Assembly: GCA_965215265.1 (NCBI GenBank)
Contig: OZ244048.1
Coordinates: forward strand, 3,168,001 to 3,232,000
DNA: 64,000 nt
From: Candidatus Poribacteria bacterium
GTDB lineage: Bacteria; Poribacteria; WGA-4E; WGA-3G
Direction: 5' to 3'
The notes under the pieces are model-generated. The model was not told where the DNA came from, searched no databases, and saw nothing but the letters and a program-made list of their open reading frames with translations. The translations under genes and the position numbers were made by a program. The first letter of the stretch is position 1; every line of letters begins with the position of its first letter. This document shows, piece after piece, positions 18,940 to 29,871 of this stretch.

Positions 18940-20010
18940 TTATTCTTCCTCCAATTCCTCAATTTTTGCTTCCAGTTGCTCAACACGTTTTTGGAGTTTA
19001 CTAAGCTCGGGTAAGAGTTCCGGTAGTTTTCGAGTTGCGGCATGAATTCGCAATTCTTGTCGATGTGGGCGTGCTGGGAATCCGGAGAGCCGGCTCCGTG
19101 GGGGCATATCCTTTGTGACAGCGGATTTTGCATAGACAATACTATCCTCACCGAGTGTGAGATGACCTGCCGCGCCTGCGTGCCCTGCTATATCGACCCG
19201 GTCGCCCAGGGTGCTACTCCCGGCTATACCGGCTTGCGCAGCTAGGCGGCAATCTTCCCCTATCACGACGTTATGGGCAATTTGAACGAGGTTATCCAAT
19301 TTGGACCCACGTTTAATCAGGGTTTCGGAACATGTTGCCCGATCAATCGTCGTATTCGCGCCAATTTCAACGTCGTCTTCAATAACAACTGTCCCAATCT
19401 GTGGAATTTTGTGGTGGAGTGGCGCATCTTCGCCGAAAAGACTGCCTGCCGGCGTGAAACCGAAACCGTCGCTCCCGATGACCGCCCCGCAGTGGATGAT
19501 CACCCGGTCCCCGATAGTTACTCGTTCCCGGATGCTAACGTGCGGGTAGATTAACCCGTCCGATCCGATTTTACTTCCTTCCCCAATGTAAACAAACGGA
19601 TGGATAACGGTCTTATCGCCTATTTCGACGTTGTCTCCAATGACAGTAAACGGTTGTATTGCGACATGCTCGCCGAGTTTTACGTTTTTTCCTAAAATCG
19701 CTGTCTCATCAACACCGGGCATCGTTTGATGCTGTTTATCGAGAGAGAACATTTCCAAAACTTGAACAAATGCCCAGTACGGATTCTCTACCCGGATCGT
19801 CGGCTTTCCATTGCCGGAGACACCACGTCCAATGATAATCGCAGCGGCTCGGGTCGTCGCAATTGCAGCAAGATACTTCGGATTTGCAACGAAGGTAATC
19901 TGGTTCGGAAGTGCATCTTTAATTCCTGAAACACCGGTAATCTCAATATCACCATCGCCGGATAGCTCGCCATCCAGTTTTTTACATATATGTTTGAGTT
20001 TCATATACAT
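18940..20010 (-). CDS. lpxD: UDP-3-O-acylglucosamine N-acyltransferase
   Basis: Hexapeptide repeats; GSDGFG, IPQIG.V, IDRA and KLDNLVQIAHN. Confidence 0.95.
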   Translation of the reverse strand: MYMKLKHICKKLDGELSGDGDIEITGVSGIKDALPNQITFVANPKYLAAIATTRAAAIIIGRGVSGNGKPTIRVENPYWAFVQVLEMFSLDKQHQTMPGVDETAILGKNVKLGEHVAIQPFTVIGDNVEIGDKTVIHPFVYIGEGSKIGSDGLIYPHVSIRERVTIGDRVIIHCGAVIGSDGFGFTPAGSLFGEDAPLHHKIPQIGTVVIEDDVEIGANTTIDRATCSETLIKRGSKLDNLVQIAHNVVIGEDCRLAAQAGIAGSSTLGDRVDIAGHAGAAGHLTLGEDSIVYAKSAVTKDMPPRSRLSGFPARPHRQELRIHAATRKLPELLPELSKLQKRVEQLEAKIEELEEE

Positions 20011-20085
20011 ATTTTCGTCTACTGGCGTACCGTCACGCTTTATGCTGTGTGAATGACAGTGTCCAGTTCGTCAGAGCCGCTTTAT

Positions 20086-20111
20086 GCTATGCCTAAGATA
20101 TCTCCGACGAG
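20086..20111 (+). repeat. Dispersed 26-bp repeat, copy 1
   Basis: GCTATGCCTAAGATATCTCCGACGAG; its reverse complement lies at 26860-26885. Confidence 0.8.
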
Positions 20112-20178
20112 ATTTGTAAAGGTTTTAACATTGCAGCAGCCTTTATGGTATTACAGTAGACAAAGGCCTTTCCTCGCC

Positions 20179-20724
20179 TTACTTGGAGTCTTCGTTCATT
20201 AATCCGATTAACCTTTGCGTTAAATCGTGTTTTTCGTCTACATAGAGGGTGATAAGTCGCTTTTCAAAGATGACATCAAAGCCTTCTGATTCACCAATTT
20301 GGCCGATCACAGCGCGAATTTCGTCAAAAATCGGCACCATTAGCTCCTGTTCTTTATCCAGGAGTGCTTGTTGACCTATGTCGACTTCACGTTGGTACTC
20401 TTGCTGCTTGAGGAGAATTTCCTGCTCCAAATCTGCTATCTGTGCATTCTCTACAAAGAGTGCTGTTTTTGTCTTTTTCTCTTGCAGCGTCCGAATCTCA
20501 TCCGCAAGGCTGCCCACCTTTGTCTTCAGACGTTCGCTCGCAGCTGTCAAAAGTGCCTCTGCATCCTTGGCTTTCTTGTAATTCTCAAGCACTTCTTGTG
20601 TATTGACAAAACCCATTTTAAAGGATTCTTGGCTGAGACTGCCTGAGCTTAAACATAAAGAGATAATAGAAATAATTAAGATAAATAGTCGTGCTTTGTA
20701 AGCACCCAACCGAAGTCGTTTCAT
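20179..20724 (-). CDS. skp: OmpH/Skp periplasmic chaperone
   Basis: Signal peptide, KMGFVN start of domain, coiled coil, DLT..I end; located between bamA and lpxD. Confidence 0.85.
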   Translation of the reverse strand: MKRLRLGAYKARLFILIISIISLCLSSGSLSQESFKMGFVNTQEVLENYKKAKDAEALLTAASERLKTKVGSLADEIRTLQEKKTKTALFVENAQIADLEQEILLKQQEYQREVDIGQQALLDKEQELMVPIFDEIRAVIGQIGESEGFDVIFEKRLITLYVDEKHDLTQRLIGLMNEDSK

Positions 20725-20772
20725 AATGTAATCCTCAAAGTCGCCGCATAAACCGACGGTACTCACGTTAAT

Positions 20773-23367
20773 TTAGAAGCCCGGACCGACTGTGAAATGA
20801 AATTTGCCTGCAGGCTCCCCTGTAATCCGATCGAAGCCGTATCCCCAACCGAGCCGAACTAACATGCCAAGCATCGTCAAGCGGGCTTCAGCTCCGACAG
20901 ACCGTTTCATGTTGATATTTGTAAAGACGTTTTTAACACTTTCATCCCAGACTTGGCCGATATCAAAAAACAGGGCTGCTGTCAGCTGCTCAGAGATAGG
21001 GATGCGATATTCAAGATTGGAGTAGAATACCTTATCCCCGCCATGCGGGTTGAAGGTATCCGGATATATCTCCCAGTCCTCGTAGCCACGGAGCGTATCG
21101 ACACCGCCTAGGAAAAACCGTTCGTAAAAAAGGAAGTACGAATCCTTGCTCTTACTCAGCATGTAGCCAGCCCGTGCATGCGCTGCGATAACGTGGTTCC
21201 ACCATGGACTGTAGAACCAGCTTGTATCAGCGGAATACTTCTGGAATTCGTTGTCTGCCCCCAAAATACCTCCGGAATACTCATAAGAAAGCGTGTGCAA
21301 AGAGCCATCTGTCGGATCAAACAGTGAGGTACGGTAGTCGCGTGTATCTCTGGCGACAGCAAACAGAATACTTCGGGTTGATCTGTCAATTAATTGTTCG
21401 TCTGGATTGGATGCTTCAATGTGTTCATTGCGGAAACGCACGGACAGGTCTATATCTTGTGTAATGGGGTGTCCCAACGTCACAGAAGCCCCTCTTCTTC
21501 CCCAGACATACCGGTCGTACAGATATGGGCTACGGATGCGACTCAGTGCAGCCCCAACTGTGCCGTAGTAACGGCGGAATCGCCTGTTATCGTAGAGTCG
21601 CGCGTTCAGCCGGGTCGGTGTCCCTAAAATCCAAGGCATCCCGAAGCTTACTTCCGCTGTGTGATGGTCACGTGTCCCTAATTCCCCTTTTAGGTGCAGG
21701 CGATACGCGCGGCCTCGGAAATTATTTTGTCCTACCTCGGCAACGCCGAAGATACCGCCTTCGCTGCCGTAGCCGCCGCCTAAGCTCAGCATCCCAGTTC
21801 GCGGCGTTTCGGCAATATTAACTCTTAAATCTTTACGGTTCTCATCGGGTGTATCACTCGGTACAAAATCGACAGCTCGAATAAAGGAACCCATTTGAAA
21901 TAAACGCTGCCGTGCTTTCCGCAGCGATTTTACATCTAGAAGCTCATCTGATTTGATGTTTAACCAATTTAACTCGCGTCTAACTACGTATTCCTTCGTC
22001 TTTTCTAACCCTGTAATCACGACGTTATTAATTATGATGACATCCCCTTGATTAATATTCAACGTGATGTTAACTAATCCATTGGCCTCATCAAACACCG
22101 GAATCGGGACAACCTCTGAAAGTAAGTAACCTTTATCAAGATAGGCTTGCTGTAGGTTTGAAATTGATTCATCAAACGTGCCGCGGTTGAAAATCTCGCC
22201 TTCTGCTGGATCCAGCATGTCGCGTATTTTATCTTCCGAAAAGGCGGCTTTTGTCCCTGATTGCACTTCCAGCGTATACGTGCCCATAATAAATTCTGGC
22301 CCCTCGTCAACTTTGATGTCCAAGATTAACCCTGTCCTATCGTCCGTGAATTCTTTTTCATATCCTAAGATTTTCACCTGGGCAAATCCCTTGTCCTGAT
22401 AATAGTTACGGAGGTTGAGACTCAAATCTTCTTCTTCAAACAGGATCTGATCAAAGTGTTTACCCATGCGCGTTTTGAGTTGCTTACGCAATTTTTGCGG
22501 GGGGAGTCGTTCATTTCCGATAAAATTGATTTCCTCAATTTTGACACGGGGGCCCTCATTTATCTCAAACGTGACTTGAATTGTATCATCTCGCGCGGAA
22601 TCTTCTATTGCTGTCTCAAGGTTAGAGTTCTCTCCACTTGTTGGTACAGCAGCCGAGGCACTGTCTTCGGACAAGTTAGGTACTGCAGTGTTTGAAACGT
22701 TGTTCTTTTCCTGCGAATCGGTATCTGTATCATAAAACGGGCGGATGTGTGTTTGGATGCTTACCAGATAGTAGCCTTTTTCGTGGTAAAGCTGCCGTAG
22801 GGCACGTTCGCTTTGCCATCGCTGCCGGTCGCTGTAGATTTCAAATGGACGGATTGTCAATTTATCCTTCAGGTTCCGATTCCCGAGTTCCTCATTGCCA
22901 ATAAAACTGATGCCGCCGATTTTTGGGCTTTCCACAACCTTATAGATAACCTCTAAGCCGCCCCCTTCAAAAGGCTCTACATCTACGGAGAGATCTGAAA
23001 AGAAACCTGTATCCTTATATAGGTTCTCTATATCTTGTGTCAGTAATTCTTCAGAGATTTCCTGCCCGACTTGCGTTTGAATGAGCGTGTGCAGCATGTC
23101 TTCAGACGTAGTTAAGACGCCTTTAAAAGAGATCTTCTTAACGAGGAACATCTCATCAACTTCAGGTTGTGCGGTTTTCGCCTTTGCGTCAGGTTGTTCT
23201 CCGGTATCGTTCTGAGTAGCAGCTTCGCTTTGTGGCTCTGTAGTGCGTTTCGGACCCAATACGGGTACGGCTTGTTCTTCCGCATCCGCTATACTAACAG
23301 GGAGGCAAAATGCGCTTGAAGCTGCAATTATCAAAGCGAAAAGGGTTTTTATTTTTTTCATGTTCAA
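20773..23367 (-). CDS. bamA: Outer membrane protein assembly factor BamA
   Basis: POTRA-like repeats, FFLGG..TLRGY motif, C-terminal Phe. Confidence 0.93.
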   Translation of the reverse strand: MNMKKIKTLFALIIAASSAFCLPVSIADAEEQAVPVLGPKRTTEPQSEAATQNDTGEQPDAKAKTAQPEVDEMFLVKKISFKGVLTTSEDMLHTLIQTQVGQEISEELLTQDIENLYKDTGFFSDLSVDVEPFEGGGLEVIYKVVESPKIGGISFIGNEELGNRNLKDKLTIRPFEIYSDRQRWQSERALRQLYHEKGYYLVSIQTHIRPFYDTDTDSQEKNNVSNTAVPNLSEDSASAAVPTSGENSNLETAIEDSARDDTIQVTFEINEGPRVKIEEINFIGNERLPPQKLRKQLKTRMGKHFDQILFEEEDLSLNLRNYYQDKGFAQVKILGYEKEFTDDRTGLILDIKVDEGPEFIMGTYTLEVQSGTKAAFSEDKIRDMLDPAEGEIFNRGTFDESISNLQQAYLDKGYLLSEVVPIPVFDEANGLVNITLNINQGDVIIINNVVITGLEKTKEYVVRRELNWLNIKSDELLDVKSLRKARQRLFQMGSFIRAVDFVPSDTPDENRKDLRVNIAETPRTGMLSLGGGYGSEGGIFGVAEVGQNNFRGRAYRLHLKGELGTRDHHTAEVSFGMPWILGTPTRLNARLYDNRRFRRYYGTVGAALSRIRSPYLYDRYVWGRRGASVTLGHPITQDIDLSVRFRNEHIEASNPDEQLIDRSTRSILFAVARDTRDYRTSLFDPTDGSLHTLSYEYSGGILGADNEFQKYSADTSWFYSPWWNHVIAAHARAGYMLSKSKDSYFLFYERFFLGGVDTLRGYEDWEIYPDTFNPHGGDKVFYSNLEYRIPISEQLTAALFFDIGQVWDESVKNVFTNINMKRSVGAEARLTMLGMLVRLGWGYGFDRITGEPAGKFHFTVGPGF

Positions 23368-23459
23368 TTTCCTCCTATGCCAAGGTATATAAACCAGAAA
23401 ATCTCCTCGGTTTTCGTACGTCAGTGGGCCGATGGGTTATATAGTGGTTGCTCGCGTAT

Positions 23460-24326
23460 CTAGATCGGGGTGCCAGTATTATTCGCTAGCTGCCGAAACG
23501 CGGCAATTAGTTTCTCTGTCACGCTGCCGGGCTGTCCTTTGCCGATAATCCGCTGGTCAATCTTCACAACCGGAATCACCTCTGCCGCTGTACCGGTCAG
23601 GAAACATTCGTCGGCAGTATAGAGGTCATGCCGAGTGAAGACCTGTTCTTTCACCGGCATGCCCGTGGCACGCGCTAATGCGATGACACTATTCCGGGTG
23701 ACACCTTCCAAAATGCCGAGGTGAACCGGGGGTGTCACAAGAACATCGTTCTTCAGGTAAAAAATATTGTCCCCACTACATTCAACAACATAGCCGTCCG
23801 CACTGAGCATCAACACTTCCTCTGCCCCGGCTTGCTTTCCCTCAATTTTGGCTAAGATATTGTTGAGATAGTTCAACGACTTAATACGCGGATTAATCGC
23901 TTCTGCATAATTCCGGCGCACAGATACGGTAACTATATCCAATCCATCTTCATAGAATTTCTGTGGGTAGAGCGTGATTTTATCTGCAATAATAATAATA
24001 GAGGGCTTGGGACATTTATCCGGGTCCAACCCCAAATCCCCTATTCCGCGTGTTACGATCAAGCGAATATAGCCTTCGCGGAGGTGATTTCGACGGAGCG
24101 TTTCCAGAACCGTTTCCTTCATTGTTTCAATCGGCATCGGGATGCGCAGCATAATTGATTTTGCAGAATCGTAGAGGCGTTCGAGGTGTTCATCAAGTTT
24201 AAACACGCGGCCGTTATATGAGCGAATGCCCTCAAAAACCCCATCACCGTAAAGTAGGCCGTGGTCAAACACCGAGACTTTGGCTTCTGCTTTCGGTAAA
24301 AATTCTCCGTCGAGATAAATTAACAT
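23460..24326 (-). CDS. ilvE: Branched-chain amino acid aminotransferase
   Basis: DHGLLYGDGVFEG, KSLNYLNN, ILEGVTR and FLTGTAAEV. Confidence 0.95.
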   Translation of the reverse strand: MLIYLDGEFLPKAEAKVSVFDHGLLYGDGVFEGIRSYNGRVFKLDEHLERLYDSAKSIMLRIPMPIETMKETVLETLRRNHLREGYIRLIVTRGIGDLGLDPDKCPKPSIIIIADKITLYPQKFYEDGLDIVTVSVRRNYAEAINPRIKSLNYLNNILAKIEGKQAGAEEVLMLSADGYVVECSGDNIFYLKNDVLVTPPVHLGILEGVTRNSVIALARATGMPVKEQVFTRHDLYTADECFLTGTAAEVIPVVKIDQRIIGKGQPGSVTEKLIAAFRQLANNTGTPI

Positions 24327-24352
24327 AAACGGTTCCTTCCAAATCAAAAGAT

Positions 24353-25087
24353 TCACGAGCTGTGCGGCGGCAGCTTGGCCGTGTGCTCCTCATGGCTGCT
24401 ACTGATTCTGCCATCAATGAGATGGACGATTCTATCTGCGCGTTCGGCAAGCGCCGGATTGTGTGTCACAATTATAAAGGTTTGTCCTGTTTGTGCATTC
24501 AAATTCCATAATAGTTCCAATACAGCTTCGCTATTACGCCGGTCGAGGTTGCCGGTCGGTTCATCTGCGAGTACGACTTTGGGTTTATTCATGAGAGCTC
24601 GTGCAATCGCAACGCGCTGTCGTTCTCCCCCGGATAACTGGCTTGGATAGTGTTCTAGCCTCTCAGCAAGCCCCACGTAGTCAAGTAGTGCCTGCGCTTC
24701 ATCATAAATACGTTTATTTTCACGCTGCTTCATGCGGATTAACGCACTCATTGCAACATTTTCAACCGCTGTAAACTCCGGAAGCAGATGATGAAACTGA
24801 AAAACAAAACCGAGCCCTTCATTACGAAATTGGGCAAGTTCTCTATCGGGCAAAGCGAAAAGGTTCTGTCCTTCATAAGAGACATGCCCTGCCGTTGGCC
24901 GGTCTAAAGCACCAATTATATGGAGCAGGGTACTTTTTCCGACACCTGAGGCACCTATAATCGCGATTACCTCGGATGCATAAACTGTCAGGTCTACTCC
25001 TCGCAACACGCAGAGTTCCGTTTCCCCATCATAATACGATTTGTGTAAATCTACAATACTGATTAGTGCTTTCAGCGGATCCTGCAC
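24353..25087 (-). CDS. lolD: Lipoprotein-releasing ABC transporter ATPase
   Basis: GASGVGKST, FVFQFHHLL, LSGGERQR and ADEPTGNLD. Confidence 0.92.
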   Translation of the reverse strand: MQDPLKALISIVDLHKSYYDGETELCVLRGVDLTVYASEVIAIIGASGVGKSTLLHIIGALDRPTAGHVSYEGQNLFALPDRELAQFRNEGLGFVFQFHHLLPEFTAVENVAMSALIRMKQRENKRIYDEAQALLDYVGLAERLEHYPSQLSGGERQRVAIARALMNKPKVVLADEPTGNLDRRNSEAVLELLWNLNAQTGQTFIIVTHNPALAERADRIVHLIDGRISSSHEEHTAKLPPHSS

Positions 25088-25120
25088 ATTATTGCTCCTG
25101 TGGTGAACTTCCGTAGCGTG

Positions 25121-26581
25121 TTATTCATGTTGCAGGGCTTCAACCGGCTTCAGATTTGCTGCCTGCCACGCCGGGTACAACGTTGCGCTCCAGCAAATTA
25201 GAAACGAAAGCGCGTTGATGAAAATGACAAAGAACCAATTCACCTTAATCGGTAGTAGATTCATCTGGTAGATTTGGCTGAGGCCAAGTTCTAAAAGTGA
25301 GATCGGCCGAACTAAGCAGTAAAGCGCGAAGCCGATGCCAACCGTCCATAAGATGCTTAATGCAAATTTCCAGCTTCCACGTTGCTGCACTGTCCGCTGT
25401 AGCGCAATAAATAACTGCAGCAAAATTGGCACGAAGACTACTAGCGCGAACCAATAAGAGGGGCGCGAGGTTGTTGAGCTCAGGAGCCAACAGAGAGCGA
25501 GGCCTAAACCGGTGCCGAACAGCGTCCCAAGCATTCCAATAACGCTGCCCTGAATCATGAAGATTCGTATAATGTTCCCTCGTGAAGAACCGAGAATTCG
25601 CAGTGTTCCGATGTCCTTTGTTTTTTCCATCACGGTCATAATCAGCGTACTTGCGATGTTGAACGAAGCAACTAAAATAATGAGTGCTTCAATAATGACG
25701 GTTGCAACTTTCTCTAGCCGCAGTGCCGCGAACAACGGTGCGTGCATCTGCATCCACGTTCGGGTTATCGGCATCCCTTCTAAAACGGTAAATTCAACTG
25801 TATTTTCAATACGTTTGGCAGCGTGAGGTGCCAATTCAGCGTCAGTTAGCCGTACAAAGATTGCGTTGATGCGCCCGCTTTTGTTGTAGAGTTTTTGTGC
25901 CGCGTCTATATGAACAAACGCGAGGTTACTATCATAAACAGCCAATTCGGATTCATACGTACCGATTACTACGAAGTTAGCAAAGTCTGCAACAAGTGTT
26001 CCCGGATTAAAAGGATGCGGATTAAGTTTGACCACAAGCCGCAAGATATCACCTTTAAAAATGCCTAATCGCTCCGCTAACCGAGTGCCAACCACAATTC
26101 CGCCCGTAATTGTGTTATCGCTCAGAAGTGCTGCCTCTTCTATGTAAGGCGAATTTTTGAAATCTACAGAGCCATTCACAAATGTCGAAAATTCGGTTAC
26201 TTTGTCTTCATGCTCAGGTGCAATGCCCTTTATGTAAATCACGTCTTGAATTGTATTGCTATGTTCCGAGAAAACGCCAATCTGTGAATAAACTACCGGT
26301 GATGCGGCGATAACTTCATCTAGTGCCTCAATTTGTTCTATCCGTTTTTCGTACTCCCCAAAAAATGTATTGCCGTGCAGGAGTAGCACAACGTGTGCTT
26401 CATTAGCCAGGAATCGATGCTTTAACCCATGTTCAACGCCGTTTAAGACAGCAATCACCAAAATGACTGTGGCTACCCCCAAGGCGACACCACCAATAGA
26501 GATGACGCTGATAACAGAAATAAAGGATTGTTTTCGCCGAGACCGGAGATACCGTGAGGCGACAAACCATTCAAATTTCAT
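25121..26581 (-). CDS. lolE: Lipoprotein-releasing ABC transporter permease (LolC/E)
   Basis: FEWFVA.RYLR, V.EK.KDIG.L, YPA..AA...P.EAL. Confidence 0.88.
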   Translation of the reverse strand: MKFEWFVASRYLRSRRKQSFISVISVISIGGVALGVATVILVIAVLNGVEHGLKHRFLANEAHVVLLLHGNTFFGEYEKRIEQIEALDEVIAASPVVYSQIGVFSEHSNTIQDVIYIKGIAPEHEDKVTEFSTFVNGSVDFKNSPYIEEAALLSDNTITGGIVVGTRLAERLGIFKGDILRLVVKLNPHPFNPGTLVADFANFVVIGTYESELAVYDSNLAFVHIDAAQKLYNKSGRINAIFVRLTDAELAPHAAKRIENTVEFTVLEGMPITRTWMQMHAPLFAALRLEKVATVIIEALIILVASFNIASTLIMTVMEKTKDIGTLRILGSSRGNIIRIFMIQGSVIGMLGTLFGTGLGLALCWLLSSTTSRPSYWFALVVFVPILLQLFIALQRTVQQRGSWKFALSILWTVGIGFALYCLVRPISLLELGLSQIYQMNLLPIKVNWFFVIFINALSFLICWSATLYPAWQAANLKPVEALQHE

Positions 26582-26859
26582 ATTTTTCGCATTTGTCCTA
26601 TACGGTTCCCGTCTGACGTTTTTGTATCATCTTTTCAAGTTTGTCTCGGTTGCGATTCCTCGTACTCACTAATGTACTCACTTTTTAGTAGATTGTAACA
26701 GACTAAATCTTCAAAACGTCCACATTTTTCTATATCTTCTGGATAGTTGTGTTGATAGCAGATGCCAATTTTTCCCGTGCCCAGTCTGGAAGCCCGATTC
26801 AGTTTTTCGTATATCTCCGTACCGTCGATGTCTATGCTTTTGAGGGCTCGTGTGTCCAG

Positions 26860-26885
26860 CTCGTCGGAGATATCTTAGGCATAGC
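26860..26885 (-). repeat. Dispersed 26-bp repeat, copy 2 (inverted)
   Basis: Reverse complement of 20086-20111. Confidence 0.8.
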
Positions 26886-26978
26886 GTAGCATAAAGCGAA
26901 GTAGTAGGTGTCACTCGTATTTAAGAATAACTCTCGCTGCCTCATTGCAGTATCCACAGTTCGAATAAGGGTTTCCAA

Positions 26979-28451
26979 TTAGTTTTCCGGTCGCATCTGT
27001 GGAAACAAGATAACATCCCGGATGGAGTATTGATTCGTCAACAACATAGTAAGTCTATCAATTCCGATACCGAGTCCGCCAGTGGGTGGCATTCCATATT
27101 CCATAGCGCGCAGATAATCTTCGTCCACCATGAATGCCTCTTCGTCGTTATCTTCTAGCTTTTCTGCCTGTTCCATAAAACGTTGCCGCTGGTCGATCGG
27201 GTCGTTGAGCTCGCTAAATGCGTTTCCAACTTCCATCCCGCTGATGAAAAATTCGAAACGTTCGACAAACGTCGGATCTTCGGTTTTCTTTTTCGCAAAT
27301 GGCGATACCTCAATAGGGTAGTCCGTGATAAACGTCGGCTGTATTAATTTGGGTTCGACAAACGCATCAAAGAGTTCTGCTATAATTTCACCTTTTGATT
27401 CATCGCCTGCGAGAGTTATCCCGGCGTTGATTGCCTCTTTATAAAGTTCGTCGCCGGAGCGGGAAGCTGCATTGATGCCACTGTGTTCTCGAATTGCGTC
27501 TACCATAGTCAAGCGCTGCCATGGGGGTTTAAAATCAATTTCAGTGTCCTGATAGGTAATCTTTGTTGTTCCGTGAAGGTTTTTCGCTGTTTGTGCAATA
27601 AGTATTTCTGTCAATTCCATGATCTCGACGTAGTCGGCGTAGGCCTGATAGAGTTCAAGCATCGTAAATTCAGGATTGTGATCGCGGTCCATTCCTTCGT
27701 TGCGAAAATCGCGCGAAAATTCATAGACGCGTTCAAAGCCGCCAACTATCAATCGCTTTAGGTATAACTCATTGGCGATGCGGAGGTAGAGGGGCTGCGA
27801 CAAGGTATTGTGATAGGTTGTGAAGGGGCGGGCGTTGGCTCCGCCGTATATCGGTTGAAGGACAGGTGTTTCCACTTCAATGAATTTCCGTTCGTTAAGC
27901 ATGTCGCGAATTGCTTGGACAATCTGTGTCCGTTTGATAAAAACATTCTTCACTTCTGGATTCATGATGAGGTCAGCGTATCGTTGGCGGTAGCGTGTCT
28001 GTTTATCTTGTAAACCGTGCCATTTTTCAGGTAGGGGCCGGATGGATTTAGAGAGCAGCTGCATCACGTTAACAAGGATGGTCAATTCGCCTGTACGCGT
28101 CCTGAATACCACGCCTTCTACGCCGATAATGTCTCCGATATCAAAGCGGCGATAAATCCTATAAGGTTCCGCCCCAACCTTGTCTCGGCGTACATAAACC
28201 TGAATTCTGCCTTCACCATCTTGTAAATGTGCGAAGCTGCTTTTACCGTGGTCGCGCTTCGTCATGATGCGTCCTGCGATGCAGACTCGCTGGGTTTCGT
28301 CTGGTGTTTCTTCAATCTCTCTGAATTCTGTGTGAATTGCAGATGTGGTGTGTGTTGGTGCGTACTTATGTGGGTAAGGCTCTACTCCGAATTCTCGAAT
28401 TTCATTTAATTTCTCGCGACGTTGCCGCATGAAATCCTTTGTCTCTTCCAT
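26979..28451 (-). CDS. lysS: Lysyl-tRNA synthetase (class II)
   Basis: GGANARPF, FRNEG, HNPEF and YGMPPTGGLGIGIDRL. Confidence 0.97.
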   Translation of the reverse strand: MEETKDFMRQRREKLNEIREFGVEPYPHKYAPTHTTSAIHTEFREIEETPDETQRVCIAGRIMTKRDHGKSSFAHLQDGEGRIQVYVRRDKVGAEPYRIYRRFDIGDIIGVEGVVFRTRTGELTILVNVMQLLSKSIRPLPEKWHGLQDKQTRYRQRYADLIMNPEVKNVFIKRTQIVQAIRDMLNERKFIEVETPVLQPIYGGANARPFTTYHNTLSQPLYLRIANELYLKRLIVGGFERVYEFSRDFRNEGMDRDHNPEFTMLELYQAYADYVEIMELTEILIAQTAKNLHGTTKITYQDTEIDFKPPWQRLTMVDAIREHSGINAASRSGDELYKEAINAGITLAGDESKGEIIAELFDAFVEPKLIQPTFITDYPIEVSPFAKKKTEDPTFVERFEFFISGMEVGNAFSELNDPIDQRQRFMEQAEKLEDNDEEAFMVDEDYLRAMEYGMPPTGGLGIGIDRLTMLLTNQYSIRDVILFPQMRPEN

Positions 28452-28709
28452 CAGTCTACCTTCCTTCGGTTTTTATCGCTTTTCTGTTGCTACATTGTTG
28501 CTTTTCGGCTGCAATAAAGTTTTTGTGAAGTACGTGTGAGTGGTTCCTACTATAATTCCAATTATACCTTAATTTTGCTCATGATGCAACAAAAAAAATC
28601 CTGATTAGGTTATACGGTACCAGAGGATGCTGTTTTTTTTAGACTGTTTCTACTCGTGGGGAATAATTCTAGAAGTGTCATCTGATACCGTGTTCGCCGT
28701 GTTCGAGGA

Positions 28710-29814
28710 CTATTGCTGCTGCACCTTCATTTTTAGGTAGCTCTCAATAAAGGTATCCAAGGCCCCATTCAGGACGGCATCAACGTTGCCAGTCTCAACA
28801 TTGGTGCGCAAATCCTTGACACGTTGGTATGGGTGCAGGACATAAGACCTGATTTGGCTTCCGAAGTTAATCTCTGGGCGTTCACTTCGCTGTTTTGCGA
28901 ATTCAGCTTCTTGCTCTGCGCGATATAGTTCATAGAGGCGTGAACGTAAAAGTTTCATGGCAATCTCACGATTCCTGTGCTGTGAACGTTCATTCTGGCA
29001 CTGCACAATGAGCCCAGTGGGTTTGTGCGTAATCCGTACAGCGGAATCTGTCACGTTGACGTGTTGGCCTCCTGCGCCACTCGCGCGGTAGCAATCGATC
29101 CGAAGGTCTTCTGCTTGGATGTCAACCTCCACGGTATCATCAATTTCGGGTGTAACATTAATCGCAGCGAAAGAGGTATGCCGCCGGTTGTTAAAATCGT
29201 ATGGGGATAGGCGAACGAGCCTGTGAACGCCTATCTCAGCTTGCAAGTATCCGTAAGCCAAGCGCCCTTTAACCAGAATCGTCGCGCCTTTAATTCCTGC
29301 TTCATCGGCACCAGTCAAATCCACAATTTCAGTTTCGTATGCGCGCTGAGCGCACCATCGTAGGTACATCCGCATCAACATTTCAGCCCAATCTTGTGCA
29401 TCAATTCCGCCTGCCCCGGAGTGAATGCTGAGAATAGCGTTGTTTTCATCAAATTCGCCTGTCAGCATCAGTTGCAGTTCAATCTGTTCTAGACGTTGCT
29501 CCACAGCATCTACGCCACCTGCAATTTCAGTGTGTAGGCTGGTGTCTTCTTCCTCAATTGCCAACTCAACCAAGATCTCGAGTTCTTCAATGTCGTCGCT
29601 CAATTTTTTATACTGAGTAATTTCATTGCGAATGGTAGCAATGCGCTGATTCACTTGTTGTACCCGTTGTGAGTTGCCCCAAAACTCTGGTGCCAGCGTC
29701 TCTTTCTCTAATCGGGTTAGTTCGTTCTGTTTTTCAGACAAGTCAAAGATACCCGCCGAGCTCAAGCAGGCGGGTGTGTATCGCTTCGACTTGCGTTTTT
29801 AATTCTACAAGCAT
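28710..29814 (-). CDS. prfB: Peptide chain release factor 2 with programmed +1 frameshift
   Basis: ATG 29814 gives MLVELK...GGYL then CTT TGA C at 29748-29742; the +1 frame continues DLSEKQ; SPY and GGQ motifs. Confidence 0.96.
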
Positions 29815-29871
29815 ATATCTCCTTATCTTTTTATGACGATGCAAATTTCATCGATAGTTTTGAGTGTAACT

